A stretch of 64,000 nt of DNA. It comes from an uncultured virus (IMG/VR IMGVR_UViG_3300022555_003212) (lineage: Duplodnaviria; Heunggongvirae; Uroviricota; Caudoviricetes). The stretch's first letter is position 1, and the number at the start of each line of letters is the position of its first letter. The notes beneath the pieces are model-generated. The model did not search any database, was not told the origin of the DNA, and saw only the letters and a program-made list of their open reading frames with translations. Shown here one piece after another: positions 28,696-39,014 of this stretch. A program made the position numbers and the translations under genes. Location of the stretch: IMG/VR virus record IMGVR_UViG_3300022555_003212. The stretch is one strand, 5' to 3'.

Positions 28696-28977
28696 GTCGA
28701 ACCTTTCTATTGCCGAAATTCTCGAAGGAACTACATTAGATTTTAGGAATTTTAACAATGCTGGAGATATCTTGAAGAAGTACTGAAGATTCATAAATCC
28801 GTTTGTGTAATTGTTTACCACATTAAATACTGTATTGCAAGAAAGATCGCCAATTGGTGGGTGCCATGCCAAAATAATAACACCACCAGTTGCGATCTCA
28901 ACTTGATATTCCTTTCCCTTGGTAAATAACATCACACCAAAGTCATTTTCAATATTTCGTTTACAAATTAGCTTCAT
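28690..28977 (-). CDS. FDL-tail protein, no N-tag
   Basis: MKLICK..FTKGKEY...ERFDL. Confidence 0.75.
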   Translation of the reverse strand: MKLICKRNIENDFGVMLFTKGKEYQVEIATGGVIILAWHPPIGDLSCNTVFNVVNNYTNGFMNLQYFFKISPALLKFLKSNVVPSRISAIERFDL

Positions 28978-29405
28978 AAATCGAACTTTTGCATGTTTTT
29001 AAATGGATTTTCTTTTAAATCTATTGGGGGCATCAGAATTCCAAGGTTCCAAAGTATACCATAAAGCATTCCCAGAGCATGGATTATAGCTTCTTCTTGC
29101 TGTCTCATTACCTCATTTTCCCAGTTAAATAATGAAGCACATCTAATGTCATGGATGTCGTTTACAGCTTTTTCAAGTTCAATAACATTGGTTTTTAACC
29201 CTTCAAAATTAGGTATTAATCCCATTCTTTTCAACTGCTTTGGTGTAAAGGTGTCAAAGATAGAATTTGTTTTGACTTTGGGAATTTGTGGAATACCTAT
29301 CAGTGAAAAAACATCACCAAGATTTAATCCCATAAAATTTTTGGATTTGGATTTGGCTCCAACCAGCCTTTGTATTATGTTTTGTATCTTTTTCATATTT
29401 TTCAA
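28974..29405 (-). CDS. FDL-tail protein, no N-tag
   Basis: ends QKFDL. Confidence 0.7.
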   Translation of the reverse strand: MKNMKKIQNIIQRLVGAKSKSKNFMGLNLGDVFSLIGIPQIPKVKTNSIFDTFTPKQLKRMGLIPNFEGLKTNVIELEKAVNDIHDIRCASLFNWENEVMRQQEEAIIHALGMLYGILWNLGILMPPIDLKENPFKNMQKFDL

Positions 29406-29407
29406 AT

Positions 29408-29971
29408 TTAAAGGTCAAATCTTAATTGATTCCTGAATCTTTTACCAGCAGGTCCTTCTTTTAATTCTGGTGCTGGCACAGTATATCCATAAAAATCAGC
29501 CATTTCTTTACGAGCATATTTTAAAGTATTATATGTTTTGTTGGTAATATCCCAATGTGTAAAAATATTGGATTTATATTCAATTGTTTTTTGGAGTTCG
29601 ATCAAAATATTATCAGCATGCCTAAGTTGTATCAAAATTTGAGCAAATCTTTTATTGGATAATCTACCAGCGAATCCTCTTGCTTGAGAAAAATTATTTG
29701 AAATGTAGTTTTTATTTAACAATAAAAAACAATACATTCTTAAAAATTTCACGTTATCTATAAAATTAAATGAGTATAGTTTATTAAAAAACTTAAAAAG
29801 CTTACCAGAAGAAGTTTCTTCCCCTATGTACCATTCAACAAATCTTTCCGACATTTTATCTACTCGTTTAATCATTCTTTCTTCTACATTTTCATAAAAT
29901 GTAGTGGTCTTAATTTTTTCCCAAAAAAAGAAGACGGTAACAACGATCAAAAATAAAATTGTGTTTATCAT
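29408..29971 (-). CDS. membrane-anchored FDL-tail protein
   Basis: N-terminal TM helix; ends LRFDL. Confidence 0.75.
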   Translation of the reverse strand: MINTILFLIVVTVFFFWEKIKTTTFYENVEERMIKRVDKMSERFVEWYIGEETSSGKLFKFFNKLYSFNFIDNVKFLRMYCFLLLNKNYISNNFSQARGFAGRLSNKRFAQILIQLRHADNILIELQKTIEYKSNIFTHWDITNKTYNTLKYARKEMADFYGYTVPAPELKEGPAGKRFRNQLRFDL

Positions 29972-29983
29972 AGCTTTAGGTTT

Positions 29984-30292
29984 TTAGAGTTCAAATCTTG
30001 ATAATGTAGGATAATTTCTATTTGTTTTTGTTACTGTTGGTGGATATTTCTTGCCAATCAACGCTTCATAGTATTCCCTAAGTTTTTGTAAGGTACACCA
30101 TTCGTTAAAACTACATTTTCTTTGAGCTTGATCAATTTTTTCGAGTTCCATCCAGTATTCGATTCCCTTTACTTTTACTTTGTAATATGACTTGAAATGT
30201 TTGTACATCACCCTACCCACCGTAAAAATCATAACAGAGATAAGAGCTGGGAGACTGAGCAAAAGAATATAATGACCAATTGCGTTTATCAT
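29984..30292 (-). CDS. membrane-anchored FEL-tail protein
   Basis: N-terminal TM helix; ends SRFEL; promoter TATATTTG at 30311-30318. Confidence 0.7.
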   Translation of the reverse strand: MINAIGHYILLLSLPALISVMIFTVGRVMYKHFKSYYKVKVKGIEYWMELEKIDQAQRKCSFNEWCTLQKLREYYEALIGKKYPPTVTKTNRNYPTLSRFEL

Positions 30293-30385
30293 ATCGATTG
30301 AATTAGAGTACAAATATACAACACTTGTACGAGAAAAAAAAATCTTAACGTTATTTTTTTTGAAATATTTTTATATATACAAGAT

Positions 30386-30775
30386 ATGAAAATCAAAAAG
30401 GTATACGAAGCTAAGAAAGTTGGAAATGCTGCACTTGATGTGGCTAATGCGCTTGCCCATAAATTTATAGATATTTCTAATTTTTCACACTGCGAACTTG
30501 GTGCGCAAGATAGTGATGCATCGTACATGATGTTGTATTTAACGTCTGTTGATAAACACGATATTTCTAATATTGACAAAATGTTTGATTATTTATTTGA
30601 AAATGGCTATTCTAAAGGTAAAGAATGGTTATTAATTGGGGAGCCAAATAAAACTTCAGATCGTGATGAATTTAAGGCATTTGTAGGTGTTGAGGTTTGG
30701 GTTTATCCAGATAGATTAAATGAACTTTATATGGCTCTCAGAAAGCCAAACGATTTAAAAAGATTTGATCTATGA
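30386..30775 (+). CDS. N-tag + FDL-tail protein
   Basis: MKIKKVYE...KRFDL. Confidence 0.8.
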   Translation: MKIKKVYEAKKVGNAALDVANALAHKFIDISNFSHCELGAQDSDASYMMLYLTSVDKHDISNIDKMFDYLFENGYSKGKEWLLIGEPNKTSDRDEFKAFVGVEVWVYPDRLNELYMALRKPNDLKRFDL

Positions 30776-31077
30776 AATACATTAAAACGTTTGAGGTTAA
30801 GTTTGCTGGTGATGATGGTGAAGATAGATCAGATTGGAAGGTCGGTGATGAAGTGTATTGTATTAGCAATAGAGGTGATAATGATAAAATTTTACATATA
30901 GGTCAGAAATATAAAATAGAACAGTACAACAGCACAGGCGGTCATCAAAAAGAGCGAAATGGAAGTTGGAAAACTGTACCATTAATATTCATTGGCTCTG
31001 GTAGGTCATTTTATGGTAATAGATTTAGTAAAAATCCAAAACACCCAAAAATAGCACAACATCGATTCGATTTATGA
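30772..31077 (+). CDS. N-tag + SH3-like + FDL-tail protein
   Basis: MKYIKTFE..VGDEVYC..HRFDL. Confidence 0.8.
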   Translation: MKYIKTFEVKFAGDDGEDRSDWKVGDEVYCISNRGDNDKILHIGQKYKIEQYNSTGGHQKERNGSWKTVPLIFIGSGRSFYGNRFSKNPKHPKIAQHRFDL

Positions 31078-31532
31078 TAACACTGTTCAAATTATTCGAA
31101 AATAAAACTCAAGTGACTACTGTTGACTTAAAAGCGGTTTTTAATTATTATGCAAAAATTACTTTTGATATCATATTTAATGAAATATTTAATGGCAATC
31201 ATACAATTGAATTTACGTATTCAGACGTTTGGCAAATGAAAGATGGCGTAGACTATAACTTGACTAAATGTTATCAATATTGGCGAAATAAGCCAAAAAC
31301 CATTAAGGGTAAAATTAGAGGGTGGTCTTATGGAAGCACATCAGATAGTTTTGATATATCAGTTTTTTTCTATAATATTGGTGAGCAAAGACCAAAGCAA
31401 AAAATTGGTCCACGTAGATATGATCTTGATGCAAATTATCCAGTTTATTTTTATGGAGAATTAACCCCAGATACGTTAAAATGTATTAAGGCGGCAATGA
31501 TTAAAAAAAGTACAAATCAATTCGATTTATGA
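31074..31532 (+). CDS. N-tag + FDL-tail protein
   Basis: MITLFKLFE...NQFDL. Confidence 0.8.
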   Translation: MITLFKLFENKTQVTTVDLKAVFNYYAKITFDIIFNEIFNGNHTIEFTYSDVWQMKDGVDYNLTKCYQYWRNKPKTIKGKIRGWSYGSTSDSFDISVFFYNIGEQRPKQKIGPRRYDLDANYPVYFYGELTPDTLKCIKAAMIKKSTNQFDL

Positions 31533-31942
31533 TAATAAAGTTCAAATTATTCGAAAATATCAGTCAAATAACCTTCAAGTTAAACAATCTCAGGAAAGAT
31601 GTACTTGGTTATGGGTTTGATGATAACTTCTTTTATAAGTATCTAATTGAATTATTTTTGAATAGTAAAGTTGTATTTACATGTATTAGTTGTGATCCGT
31701 CTGGTAGAGTTACCGTTGGTGGTAAAGATGGGGGGACAGTAATAGACATAAAATGTAATGCACATTCATTTTCACCGTCAAAGTTTGAGACAAAAAAGAT
31801 TATGCTGAAAATATTAGAAATGCCTTATGAAGAATGGCATGTAGTTTCTTGGACTAATGATATAACTATATATAATCCAACTATCGGTGAATTGGGTAGA
31901 GAATTAGAGAAAAAAAGAAATGAAAAAAGATTTGACTTATGA
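31529..31942 (+). CDS. N-tag + FDL-tail protein
   Basis: MIIKFKLFE...KRFDL. Confidence 0.8.
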   Translation: MIIKFKLFENISQITFKLNNLRKDVLGYGFDDNFFYKYLIELFLNSKVVFTCISCDPSGRVTVGGKDGGTVIDIKCNAHSFSPSKFETKKIMLKILEMPYEEWHVVSWTNDITIYNPTIGELGRELEKKRNEKRFDL

Positions 31943-32331
31943 TACACATAAAATTATTTAAAGAACAATTTCAAAACACTGAAATGGCTTACAACAAAGT
32001 CATATCAGCTAAACTTGGCGATGTGATGCCAGTAGATGATATTATTGCTTATGCTGAATTTCTTCATACTAAAGATGATTTCGGTGAACTAACAAAAAAA
32101 CTTAGGGCCTACACCCAATATAAGCTACAGCAAATAGATGTGCACGATTTGAGCCTTGGTCAAACAAACCCAGATATTGTAGATGATTATAAAGGTATGC
32201 TTGATGGCAGCGGTGGATTTTATCCGCCAGTAATTGCTGACTCAAACCATGCAATAATTGATGGATTCCACAGGGCTAATGCACTGGCAGATAGTGGGCA
32301 CTCAAAAATAAATGCTTGGGTTGGGGTATGA
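31939..32331 (+). CDS. N-tagged ParB/Srx-like domain protein
   Basis: PPVI...IIDGFHRANA. Confidence 0.75.
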   Translation: MIHIKLFKEQFQNTEMAYNKVISAKLGDVMPVDDIIAYAEFLHTKDDFGELTKKLRAYTQYKLQQIDVHDLSLGQTNPDIVDDYKGMLDGSGGFYPPVIADSNHAIIDGFHRANALADSGHSKINAWVGV

Positions 32332-32771
32332 AATATTTGAAAAAATTCGAGAATAAATCTATTTATCCAGAAATGGAATTTTTTATAGGATGGTTCGATC
32401 TCATCCATCAAGAAATTTATAAAAAAGAAGGCTGGGCTATATTTTGTTCGAATAGTATTTATGAAATTGAAACTATTGATGACCCTAACGATTTCTTCGA
32501 TGATGATGATTTAGATATCGAACCCCCAACAATAAAAGATGCTGTAGAATCAGCCAAAAACCTTGGATTAATTATCGGTGATTGGATAAATGTACCTTCA
32601 AATTTGAACCTGAATAGTTGGAACTCAACTAATAGTTGGAACTCAACTAATGTTATTTTGGGATATAATGGAATTTCATTTATCGAACATCCAGAAGAAT
32701 TAAATAAGTATGAAGAAATGTATAATAAGGAACTTGCTAAATCAAATGCAACTAAAAGATTCGACCTATGA
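32328..32771 (+). CDS. N-tag + FDL-tail protein
   Basis: MKYLKKFE...KRFDL. Confidence 0.8.
   Translation: MKYLKKFENKSIYPEMEFFIGWFDLIHQEIYKKEGWAIFCSNSIYEIETIDDPNDFFDDDDLDIEPPTIKDAVESAKNLGLIIGDWINVPSNLNLNSWNSTNSWNSTNVILGYNGISFIEHPEELNKYEEMYNKELAKSNATKRFDL
32613..32648 (+). repeat. exact 18-bp tandem duplication (NSWNST x2)
   Basis: AATAGTTGGAACTCAACT twice. Confidence 0.9.
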
Positions 32772-33268
32772 AATATTTGAAATTTTATGAGGGTAAAAGT
32801 CGCCCGACTAATCACGATTTTTACCAGATTCAGATCATTCAGAATGACGATAATTTTCAGGTTGAAATATATTTTAAAGATAGTATAATTGATGTGAAAT
32901 GTATTGAAAATATTGGTAAAAATACTTTTAATAGTGTTAAAGAATATATTATAAAAAAATTAGAATTTTCCACCCCAATTTTACCAGTTCTGACTCAATT
33001 CAAACAATACTCTCAATCCTCAGTTTCACCTAATCCGATATATGTAATTAAAATAAGGGACTGGTCAAGAGATAAATCTGAACCAGCGTTTGATGTTGAA
33101 ATATATTGGAAAGATAAATATATTGGTGGTACTGATGGTGTATTTTCTATCAAAAATAAAGATAAATATTCTGCCTTTGTAGCTGCTAAGAATTATATAA
33201 AACAAAAATTAATCACATTACCATTAAATTATGATGTGATTATTAAAGGAAATCAATTTGATCTATGA
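32768..33268 (+). CDS. N-tag + FDL-tail protein with an internally duplicated domain
   Basis: MKYLKFYE; FxVEIY(F/W)KD..K(E/N)YI repeated; NQFDL. Confidence 0.8.
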   Translation: MKYLKFYEGKSRPTNHDFYQIQIIQNDDNFQVEIYFKDSIIDVKCIENIGKNTFNSVKEYIIKKLEFSTPILPVLTQFKQYSQSSVSPNPIYVIKIRDWSRDKSEPAFDVEIYWKDKYIGGTDGVFSIKNKDKYSAFVAAKNYIKQKLITLPLNYDVIIKGNQFDL

Positions 33269-33777
33269 GATACTTGAAAGGACAACAACAAATGTTATTA
33301 GAACGTATAGACTTACTAAATGAATTTCAAAAGTTTATGTTTGAATTTGTATTAGATATGATAAATGTATATATGTTACCAGAATACAATATTAAAAAAG
33401 CAAGATGCACATGCAATATTGAAGAAACTAAAGCAGCAGTTGTCGGAATATCCAGCACAATGACTGGAGAACCAAAGGGTCTAATTAAATATATCGCAGA
33501 CTATAAAATATACGATAGCTCAATTTATGATGGAGCAATAAGATATTCTGCAAGTTCTACTGATAATATTTTCATTATGTTTGAAAGCATAAATGAGAAT
33601 GATACTTTAATTGAATTTATTGAGAAAGCAAGAATTAATTCATCATCCACATCATTTAATACGTTCAATTCTAAAACTGGGTATCTAATACCAATAGATA
33701 AAATTGAAGATTATAAATTAAATATAACTGAAGATAAATTTAAGAAATTTATGATAACAAAAAGATTTGATCTTTAA
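33265..33777 (+). CDS. N-tag + FDL-tail protein
   Basis: MRYLK...KRFDL. Confidence 0.8.
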   Translation: MRYLKGQQQMLLERIDLLNEFQKFMFEFVLDMINVYMLPEYNIKKARCTCNIEETKAAVVGISSTMTGEPKGLIKYIADYKIYDSSIYDGAIRYSASSTDNIFIMFESINENDTLIEFIEKARINSSSTSFNTFNSKTGYLIPIDKIEDYKLNITEDKFKKFMITKRFDL

Positions 33778-33793
33778 AAATAATATATAGATC

Positions 33794-34399
33794 ATGATTT
33801 ATAATTATGCAAAATTTAACGAAAGTGTATTAAATTCATTGAAGCCAACAGTTGAATTAGATTTTCCTGATCTAAGGCAAGAATTCAACTATGATTGTGG
33901 TGTTACTTGTTTTCAGCAAGTACTTATTTACTATGGGATAGAAAAAAGAGAGGATGAATTAATAAAATTATTGAGCACAGAAAAAACCAGTATAATTGAA
34001 CATGGTACAAAATTATCAAAAATGATTGAAGTTGCCAAGTATTATGGATTAGAAGCCGAAATTCTTAGAAATTCTTCAATAAAAAAGATAAAAGAATTAC
34101 TGGACGAAAAAATTCCATCAATTTTATTATTACAAGCATGGCGTGATTATTCTGTTGACAACTTAGATTGGGAAAAAGATTATCACGATGGGCACTATGT
34201 TGTGGCGGTTGGTTACAACGACACCAGAATATTTTTTGAGGACCCATCATCAGTTGTCCGAACATACTTAACGTATGAAGAGCTTGAAAAAAGATGGCAT
34301 GACGTTGATGATAACAATAAAACAAAGAATCACCACGTTGCCGTGGTGATCCGAGGAGAAAAGAAATATAAAGGTGACGATATCGTTCACATGGATTAA
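33794..34399 (+). CDS. N-tagged C39-like cysteine peptidase
   Basis: MIYNYAKFNE; QEFNYDCG, GHYVV, EDP. Confidence 0.8.
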   Translation: MIYNYAKFNESVLNSLKPTVELDFPDLRQEFNYDCGVTCFQQVLIYYGIEKREDELIKLLSTEKTSIIEHGTKLSKMIEVAKYYGLEAEILRNSSIKKIKELLDEKIPSILLLQAWRDYSVDNLDWEKDYHDGHYVVAVGYNDTRIFFEDPSSVVRTYLTYEELEKRWHDVDDNNKTKNHHVAVVIRGEKKYKGDDIVHMD

Positions 34400-35433
34400 T
34401 ATTCGCAATTGGCTGGGTTATCAAGCCAAGTAACTTTTACTGGAAACCTACGATCTTTGTTTTTAATAGCTTTGAAAAGCTCTTTCAAAAGCGGGTAAGA
34501 TTCTTTAGCAGAAAGATAATAAGGAGTTTTACCGTATTTGAAATCTCCAAGAACACGATCATTTCGAACAAGAATGTTATTTCCGTTAATTGTGTTAATT
34601 ATGATCATTGTGTCAGCCGATAGTCTGAATGGTACACGTTTAAAAATAGCAACAGTAGTTAAATAATTTCCACAATAAAATTTATAATACGAATATTGAT
34701 CGGGGGCATACTTGCATTGAAATCTGGCTTCTGAGAAATCTTCCTTAAACTCAATGTAATCGGGATTATAACCAACCATTGGAACAACAGGACCATATAT
34801 TCCTTTATTGTGCATTCCTTCTGGCAAAGGTTCATCACCAGTGGTAGAAATGACTATAGCATTTCCTTTCTTATCAAAAACAACAGATGGGGCTGGAGCA
34901 ACTACAACTGCTGGAATAATTTGGCATGAATCAACAACTTCGCACATTATTTTCTCAATCGGATTCTTGTCGTTAACAAGATTAACAAAGGTACGATGAG
35001 GATAGAACTTATTAATCAGAAGCGATGTAGGGTATTCAACCATCCCATTATCCGATGAAAATGTAGTTTTGTTACCATTAATGTCAATAACATTGATTGA
35101 TGTGTCGGCCCGACAAGTGAACGGCTCACATTTAATGGTATATACTTCAACAATATAATACCCGCAGTAAAAAATATCCCTGTGTACTGGCTTATCTCTG
35201 AACGCACCACACATACCATATCGTCCGAACAATTTTTCTTGATCAGACATTTGATAATCAACATTATAGTCGATGTGCTCAATTGCGACTGAAGTAATTT
35301 TAGAAATGAACTTTTCTTTCTGTCTCATTTCCTTTCTACTGGCATAAGTTAGCAAAAATACAACGAATGCTGCAAGGATGAATAAGCAAACTACAGTGAG
35401 CATCACCAGTAAAATTTTAGTTTTTGTTTTCAT
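34396..35433 (-). CDS. membrane-anchored hypothetical protein with a duplicated domain
   Basis: N-terminal TM helix; FYCG..PF..ADT..INGN repeated; promoter TATCTTTG at 35474-35481. Confidence 0.75.
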   Translation of the reverse strand: MKTKTKILLVMLTVVCLFILAAFVVFLLTYASRKEMRQKEKFISKITSVAIEHIDYNVDYQMSDQEKLFGRYGMCGAFRDKPVHRDIFYCGYYIVEVYTIKCEPFTCRADTSINVIDINGNKTTFSSDNGMVEYPTSLLINKFYPHRTFVNLVNDKNPIEKIMCEVVDSCQIIPAVVVAPAPSVVFDKKGNAIVISTTGDEPLPEGMHNKGIYGPVVPMVGYNPDYIEFKEDFSEARFQCKYAPDQYSYYKFYCGNYLTTVAIFKRVPFRLSADTMIIINTINGNNILVRNDRVLGDFKYGKTPYYLSAKESYPLLKELFKAIKNKDRRFPVKVTWLDNPANCEY

Positions 35434-35516
35434 AGCTTTGAGGTTTTTAGTTAATACTAATTGAATAACTCAACAAAGATATAAACAAAATACGAGAAAA
35501 AAAAATTAAAGTGAAT

Positions 35517-35801
35517 TTATTTTTCTAAACTCTCAGTTTGCAGGTCCACTCGACCTTCAATTTGATTCATTTTTTCTTTTCTGATTTGTGATAATGGCTT
35601 GAACCATGCTTGATCAATCCAGCTATATCCATTCCAACTATCAAAATCATCATCGGCTTTTTTAAGTTTATATGTAAAATCGTTATTATCGATCATAGTT
35701 ACAATATAATCCTTACCTTCTTCATAGTGCTGAGGCGGAGATATTGGCGGTTTTGGGTTAACATTAGTTGAAAATATGACTTTATCACCTACATTGACCA
35801 T
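35517..35801 (-). CDS. SH3/KOW-like protein, RxxKMxxI tail
   Basis: VGDKVI...IRKEKMNQI. Confidence 0.7.
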   Translation of the reverse strand: MVNVGDKVIFSTNVNPKPPISPPQHYEEGKDYIVTMIDNNDFTYKLKKADDDFDSWNGYSWIDQAWFKPLSQIRKEKMNQIEGRVDLQTESLEK

Positions 35802-36302
35802 TTATTTAATATTTTTTAAGTCGGCTTTTACTGCTTCTGTTGTTAATAGTTCTTTAGGTTCATAAAATGAACTTGGTAATATCTGGATATTCATTTTTTG
35901 TAGTGCATGATCAAGACCTATCATTAGAACCGTACTTACAAATGGCAGCGGAATTAACTGCAATGGAATCACTATACCGAATCCTTTAAGTAAGTCTATC
36001 ATCTGGGATTTAAATATCTTTTTTTCTTCTTTTGTAATATCCTCCTTTTTCATATATTTAGTCAATATGAGGAAGGCTTCTTTTGTTTCGACCGCTTCCA
36101 CCTTAACCCCTCTGATGTATCGTTTGGACTCACCTTTGAGCCCTTTAGCGCATTTTATTGTACCGACTTTAATATCATTAGAGTATTTGATGGTTGTATC
36201 CTTAATATCATTTGCACATTTACTTATACCAGACTGAAATTCTTCAGATGAATATATCTGAATTATCTTATCAATTATTTTATTTTTCACGTATTCAATC
36301 AT
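35802..36302 (-). CDS. LETM1-like domain protein (tentative)
   Basis: EEKKIFKSQMIDLLK..IPLPFVSTVL resembles bacterial LETM1-like proteins. Confidence 0.4.
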   Translation of the reverse strand: MIEYVKNKIIDKIIQIYSSEEFQSGISKCANDIKDTTIKYSNDIKVGTIKCAKGLKGESKRYIRGVKVEAVETKEAFLILTKYMKKEDITKEEKKIFKSQMIDLLKGFGIVIPLQLIPLPFVSTVLMIGLDHALQKMNIQILPSSFYEPKELLTTEAVKADLKNIK

Positions 36303-36523
36303 TTTTCGTTTAATTTAAGTTTTTTCAACTTTTCTTTTCTCAATTGTGATTCTGTTAAACATTGAACACGCCATTCGTCACAGAAACTTAGTTTGCACCC
36401 GCTGTAGTAATGGTTATGCTCTTCGTAGTGAGCACACCCATGAGCTGTGCAATTGTACCAATGATCACATCGGACAAGTGCTTTTTTATCTTCGCCCATC
36501 GTTTCAATTCTTTGTAAGAACAT
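36299..36523 (-). CDS. Cys/His-rich protein, RxxKLxxL tail
   Basis: LRKEKLKKL. Confidence 0.7.
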   Translation of the reverse strand: MFLQRIETMGEDKKALVRCDHWYNCTAHGCAHYEEHNHYYSGCKLSFCDEWRVQCLTESQLRKEKLKKLKLNEK

Positions 36524-36878
36524 TTGAATTTTTTAAATCTTCCAATTCTTTATACAGGCTTTCAAGCTTATTATTATTAGCAATCGACATGAATTCGTGA
36601 TCCTCTACCAATTTTCCAATTTCTTCAAGCTCTATAATTTGCATTTGAACAAAATCTATTTTATTTTGTAGTTCTTTCGAATAATTTTCAAATGTAATTG
36701 TAATTGGCATATTGGTTAATGGGCACCATTCTGGTTTAGCACCGCAGATTGCATTTTCTGGCAAATTATTAAACTCAGCCAAAACACAGAACTCATAGTA
36801 CTCATAATCATCCTCACCGTATTGTGTATGAAAAAATGGACATTTGTCGCCACATTCATTAACTATTAAATTTCTCAT
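36504..36878 (-). CDS. Cys-rich hypothetical protein
   Basis: CGDKCPF..PEWCPL. Confidence 0.7.
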   Translation of the reverse strand: MRNLIVNECGDKCPFFHTQYGEDDYEYYEFCVLAEFNNLPENAICGAKPEWCPLTNMPITITFENYSKELQNKIDFVQMQIIELEEIGKLVEDHEFMSIANNNKLESLYKELEDLKNSNVLTKN

Positions 36879-36989
36879 TTATATTTTATTCCATTTTATA
36901 CTAAAAGTTTACGCAAATATAACACAATTTCACTATAAAAAAAAGTAAACTAACCTTCCAGACTTGGATATAAATATAAAATATATATT

Positions 36990-37322
36990 ATGGACGTTGT
37001 AAAAAGTAGAGTTAAAGTTGGGGATCGTGTTAAATGTATTAATGCAACTGGGCTGATGACACTTGAGCAGGGAAAAGTATATCAGGTGATGTCATTGGAA
37101 ACAGAATCTTACGGGTTGGGATATAAAATAAAGTATGAGGAACTTGAAGAACTTGGTGGATATGATGATACTAAATATTGGGCTGATCCAGAAGAAGGAA
37201 TTGGAACATTTAATGCTGAAAGATTCAAACTTGACGTTGGATACTTGAGAAGAAAGAAATTGAATAAGCTTTACAATGATTACAATTATAAAAATGATTA
37301 TATAGATGAAAAAGGAATGTAA
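36990..37322 (+). CDS. SH3/KOW-like protein, RxxKLxxL tail
   Basis: VGDRVKC...LRRKKLNKL. Confidence 0.75.
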   Translation: MDVVKSRVKVGDRVKCINATGLMTLEQGKVYQVMSLETESYGLGYKIKYEELEELGGYDDTKYWADPEEGIGTFNAERFKLDVGYLRRKKLNKLYNDYNYKNDYIDEKGM

Positions 37323-37590
37323 ATGTAAGATTAGAATTGTTTTCAGAACAAAGATCGATATATTTACAACTATTGAAAAAATATACGAGCAATTTTCAAT
37401 ATATGAATATGAGTATTGCCTTGGTATGATTCACTTATATTATTCTAAGAGTGCATTTCAAGTTGTTCCAATTCGCAGATTTTATAAATGGTTCGAACCA
37501 CTGGTCAATGACAGTGAATTTGATAAAGCAGACTACATGGAAAAATTAGAACTTGGATTCGACTTGGGAGAATTTGGATTTGGGGAATAA
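37306..37590 (+). CDS. hypothetical protein
   Basis: overlapping operon gene. Confidence 0.6.
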   Translation: MKKECKCKIRIVFRTKIDIFTTIEKIYEQFSIYEYEYCLGMIHLYYSKSAFQVVPIRRFYKWFEPLVNDSEFDKADYMEKLELGFDLGEFGFGE

Positions 37591-37599
37591 AGTGGAATA

Positions 37600-37630
37600 T
37601 AAAAAAAGGAGCCGATTGGCTCCTTTTTTT
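37600..37630. terminator. bidirectional intrinsic terminator
   Basis: A-tract GGAGCC-GATT-GGCTCC T-tract. Confidence 0.8.
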
Positions 37631-37652
37631 ATGTTAAATGGTGATAATGTGA

Positions 37653-39014
37653 TTAAGGTGTATTGCCACTAATTGTTGTGGGGGTGACCAGAGTTTTGTG
37701 CTGTGCTTTGATGGGGGATTTTGATCCAGCCTTGGGAGGGTTCTTAGCTACAATAGACGTTGACGTTTTTTTCGATACCCTCTTTTTCTTTGGGTTGGAA
37801 AGTGCAGCCACACTCAGCATAGCGGATGCTGGAAGTCCAGCAGAAAACAACTTGTTGTTGTAGTAGTTGATCATAGGCTTTGCGAAATTCTTTTTTATGA
37901 GAACTTCATTACCACCTGATTTGTTCTGTGCAGCCTCTGCCATTTCAGTAATAATGTCAATTGTTTCCTGACTTCCATCCTCAAGGAAGTAACAAAATAA
38001 CTTGTGATCATAATTTTTGTCACGAAACAGACATCCCAACGCATAAGGGAATTTTGGGTAATCAATTGGCAGCATACAGAGGGGTTTGCTCTTACCTGGA
38101 GTCTTACCATCATACAGACCCTTGGGAAGACCGTAAATATTTGTTGATCCCAAAAGCATTGGGATACGTTTACCCCTCATTTTTGGACTGATAAGGTCTT
38201 TGATCATATTGATGACATCATCACTTTGCTGTCTGGTGAGGTTTCTCTTTCCTGTTACTGGGTTATGCCCAAAGTGGAAGTCCAGTTTAAGGAATGATTT
38301 CTTTGCTGGGGTATTATGGTCAAAAGAGAGCCCTAAACGATCCTCAGCAATCGTTTTGTAAACAGTGCCAGTCAACCATGATTCAATTGCGAGTGTTTTT
38401 TCATAATAATCGTAATCGCCTTTGACTGTGCGATCAACAGACTGTGAAGCTGACTGAATTACATCTTTTTCAGACATGCTGAATTTAAGTGCGTTCAAAC
38501 GAATGAAATCTTTGTGGGTAAAATTATCCACAACATAAGCGAACATCTTATCCTTGAGTGGAATTCCATCTTTCAGGCACACACCATTCGGATTATTTTT
38601 TAGTTCTTCCGCTGCGCCCCGCAATCTTCCCATACCATCTGGAATTTTATAGGTGGGTGTAGAGAGGGAATTACTCAGATACCCATATTCACGAAATTCG
38701 GTTGCAAAATCACGAATATGGCTATCAATCTGAATCCTCTGACCGAGTGCTGGTTTGAATTTTGCAACAGCTTTCACAATGTTCATACCCCTCACAAAAT
38801 TAAGAACGCAAGAATCATCACTTGCGAAAACTTCACGAAGGGCAATTGCCAGATACCCGAATACGGTATCGTAATTTGTTTTCAATGCCAATTTGATAAA
38901 ATCCAAAAAGGCGTTTGGTGTCGTCATCAGCACAGCAAGTATTGCTTGAAGTGTGGCGATCCTGTCATTTTTCATCTCGTCTTGGATGATTTTGTTTAAT
39001 TGCTGGGTTTTCAT
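37653..39014 (-). CDS. hypothetical protein (453 aa) with basic low-complexity tail
   Basis: long ORF; promoter TACATTTG at 39060-39067. Confidence 0.75.
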   Translation of the reverse strand: MKTQQLNKIIQDEMKNDRIATLQAILAVLMTTPNAFLDFIKLALKTNYDTVFGYLAIALREVFASDDSCVLNFVRGMNIVKAVAKFKPALGQRIQIDSHIRDFATEFREYGYLSNSLSTPTYKIPDGMGRLRGAAEELKNNPNGVCLKDGIPLKDKMFAYVVDNFTHKDFIRLNALKFSMSEKDVIQSASQSVDRTVKGDYDYYEKTLAIESWLTGTVYKTIAEDRLGLSFDHNTPAKKSFLKLDFHFGHNPVTGKRNLTRQQSDDVINMIKDLISPKMRGKRIPMLLGSTNIYGLPKGLYDGKTPGKSKPLCMLPIDYPKFPYALGCLFRDKNYDHKLFCYFLEDGSQETIDIITEMAEAAQNKSGGNEVLIKKNFAKPMINYYNNKLFSAGLPASAMLSVAALSNPKKKRVSKKTSTSIVAKNPPKAGSKSPIKAQHKTLVTPTTISGNTP

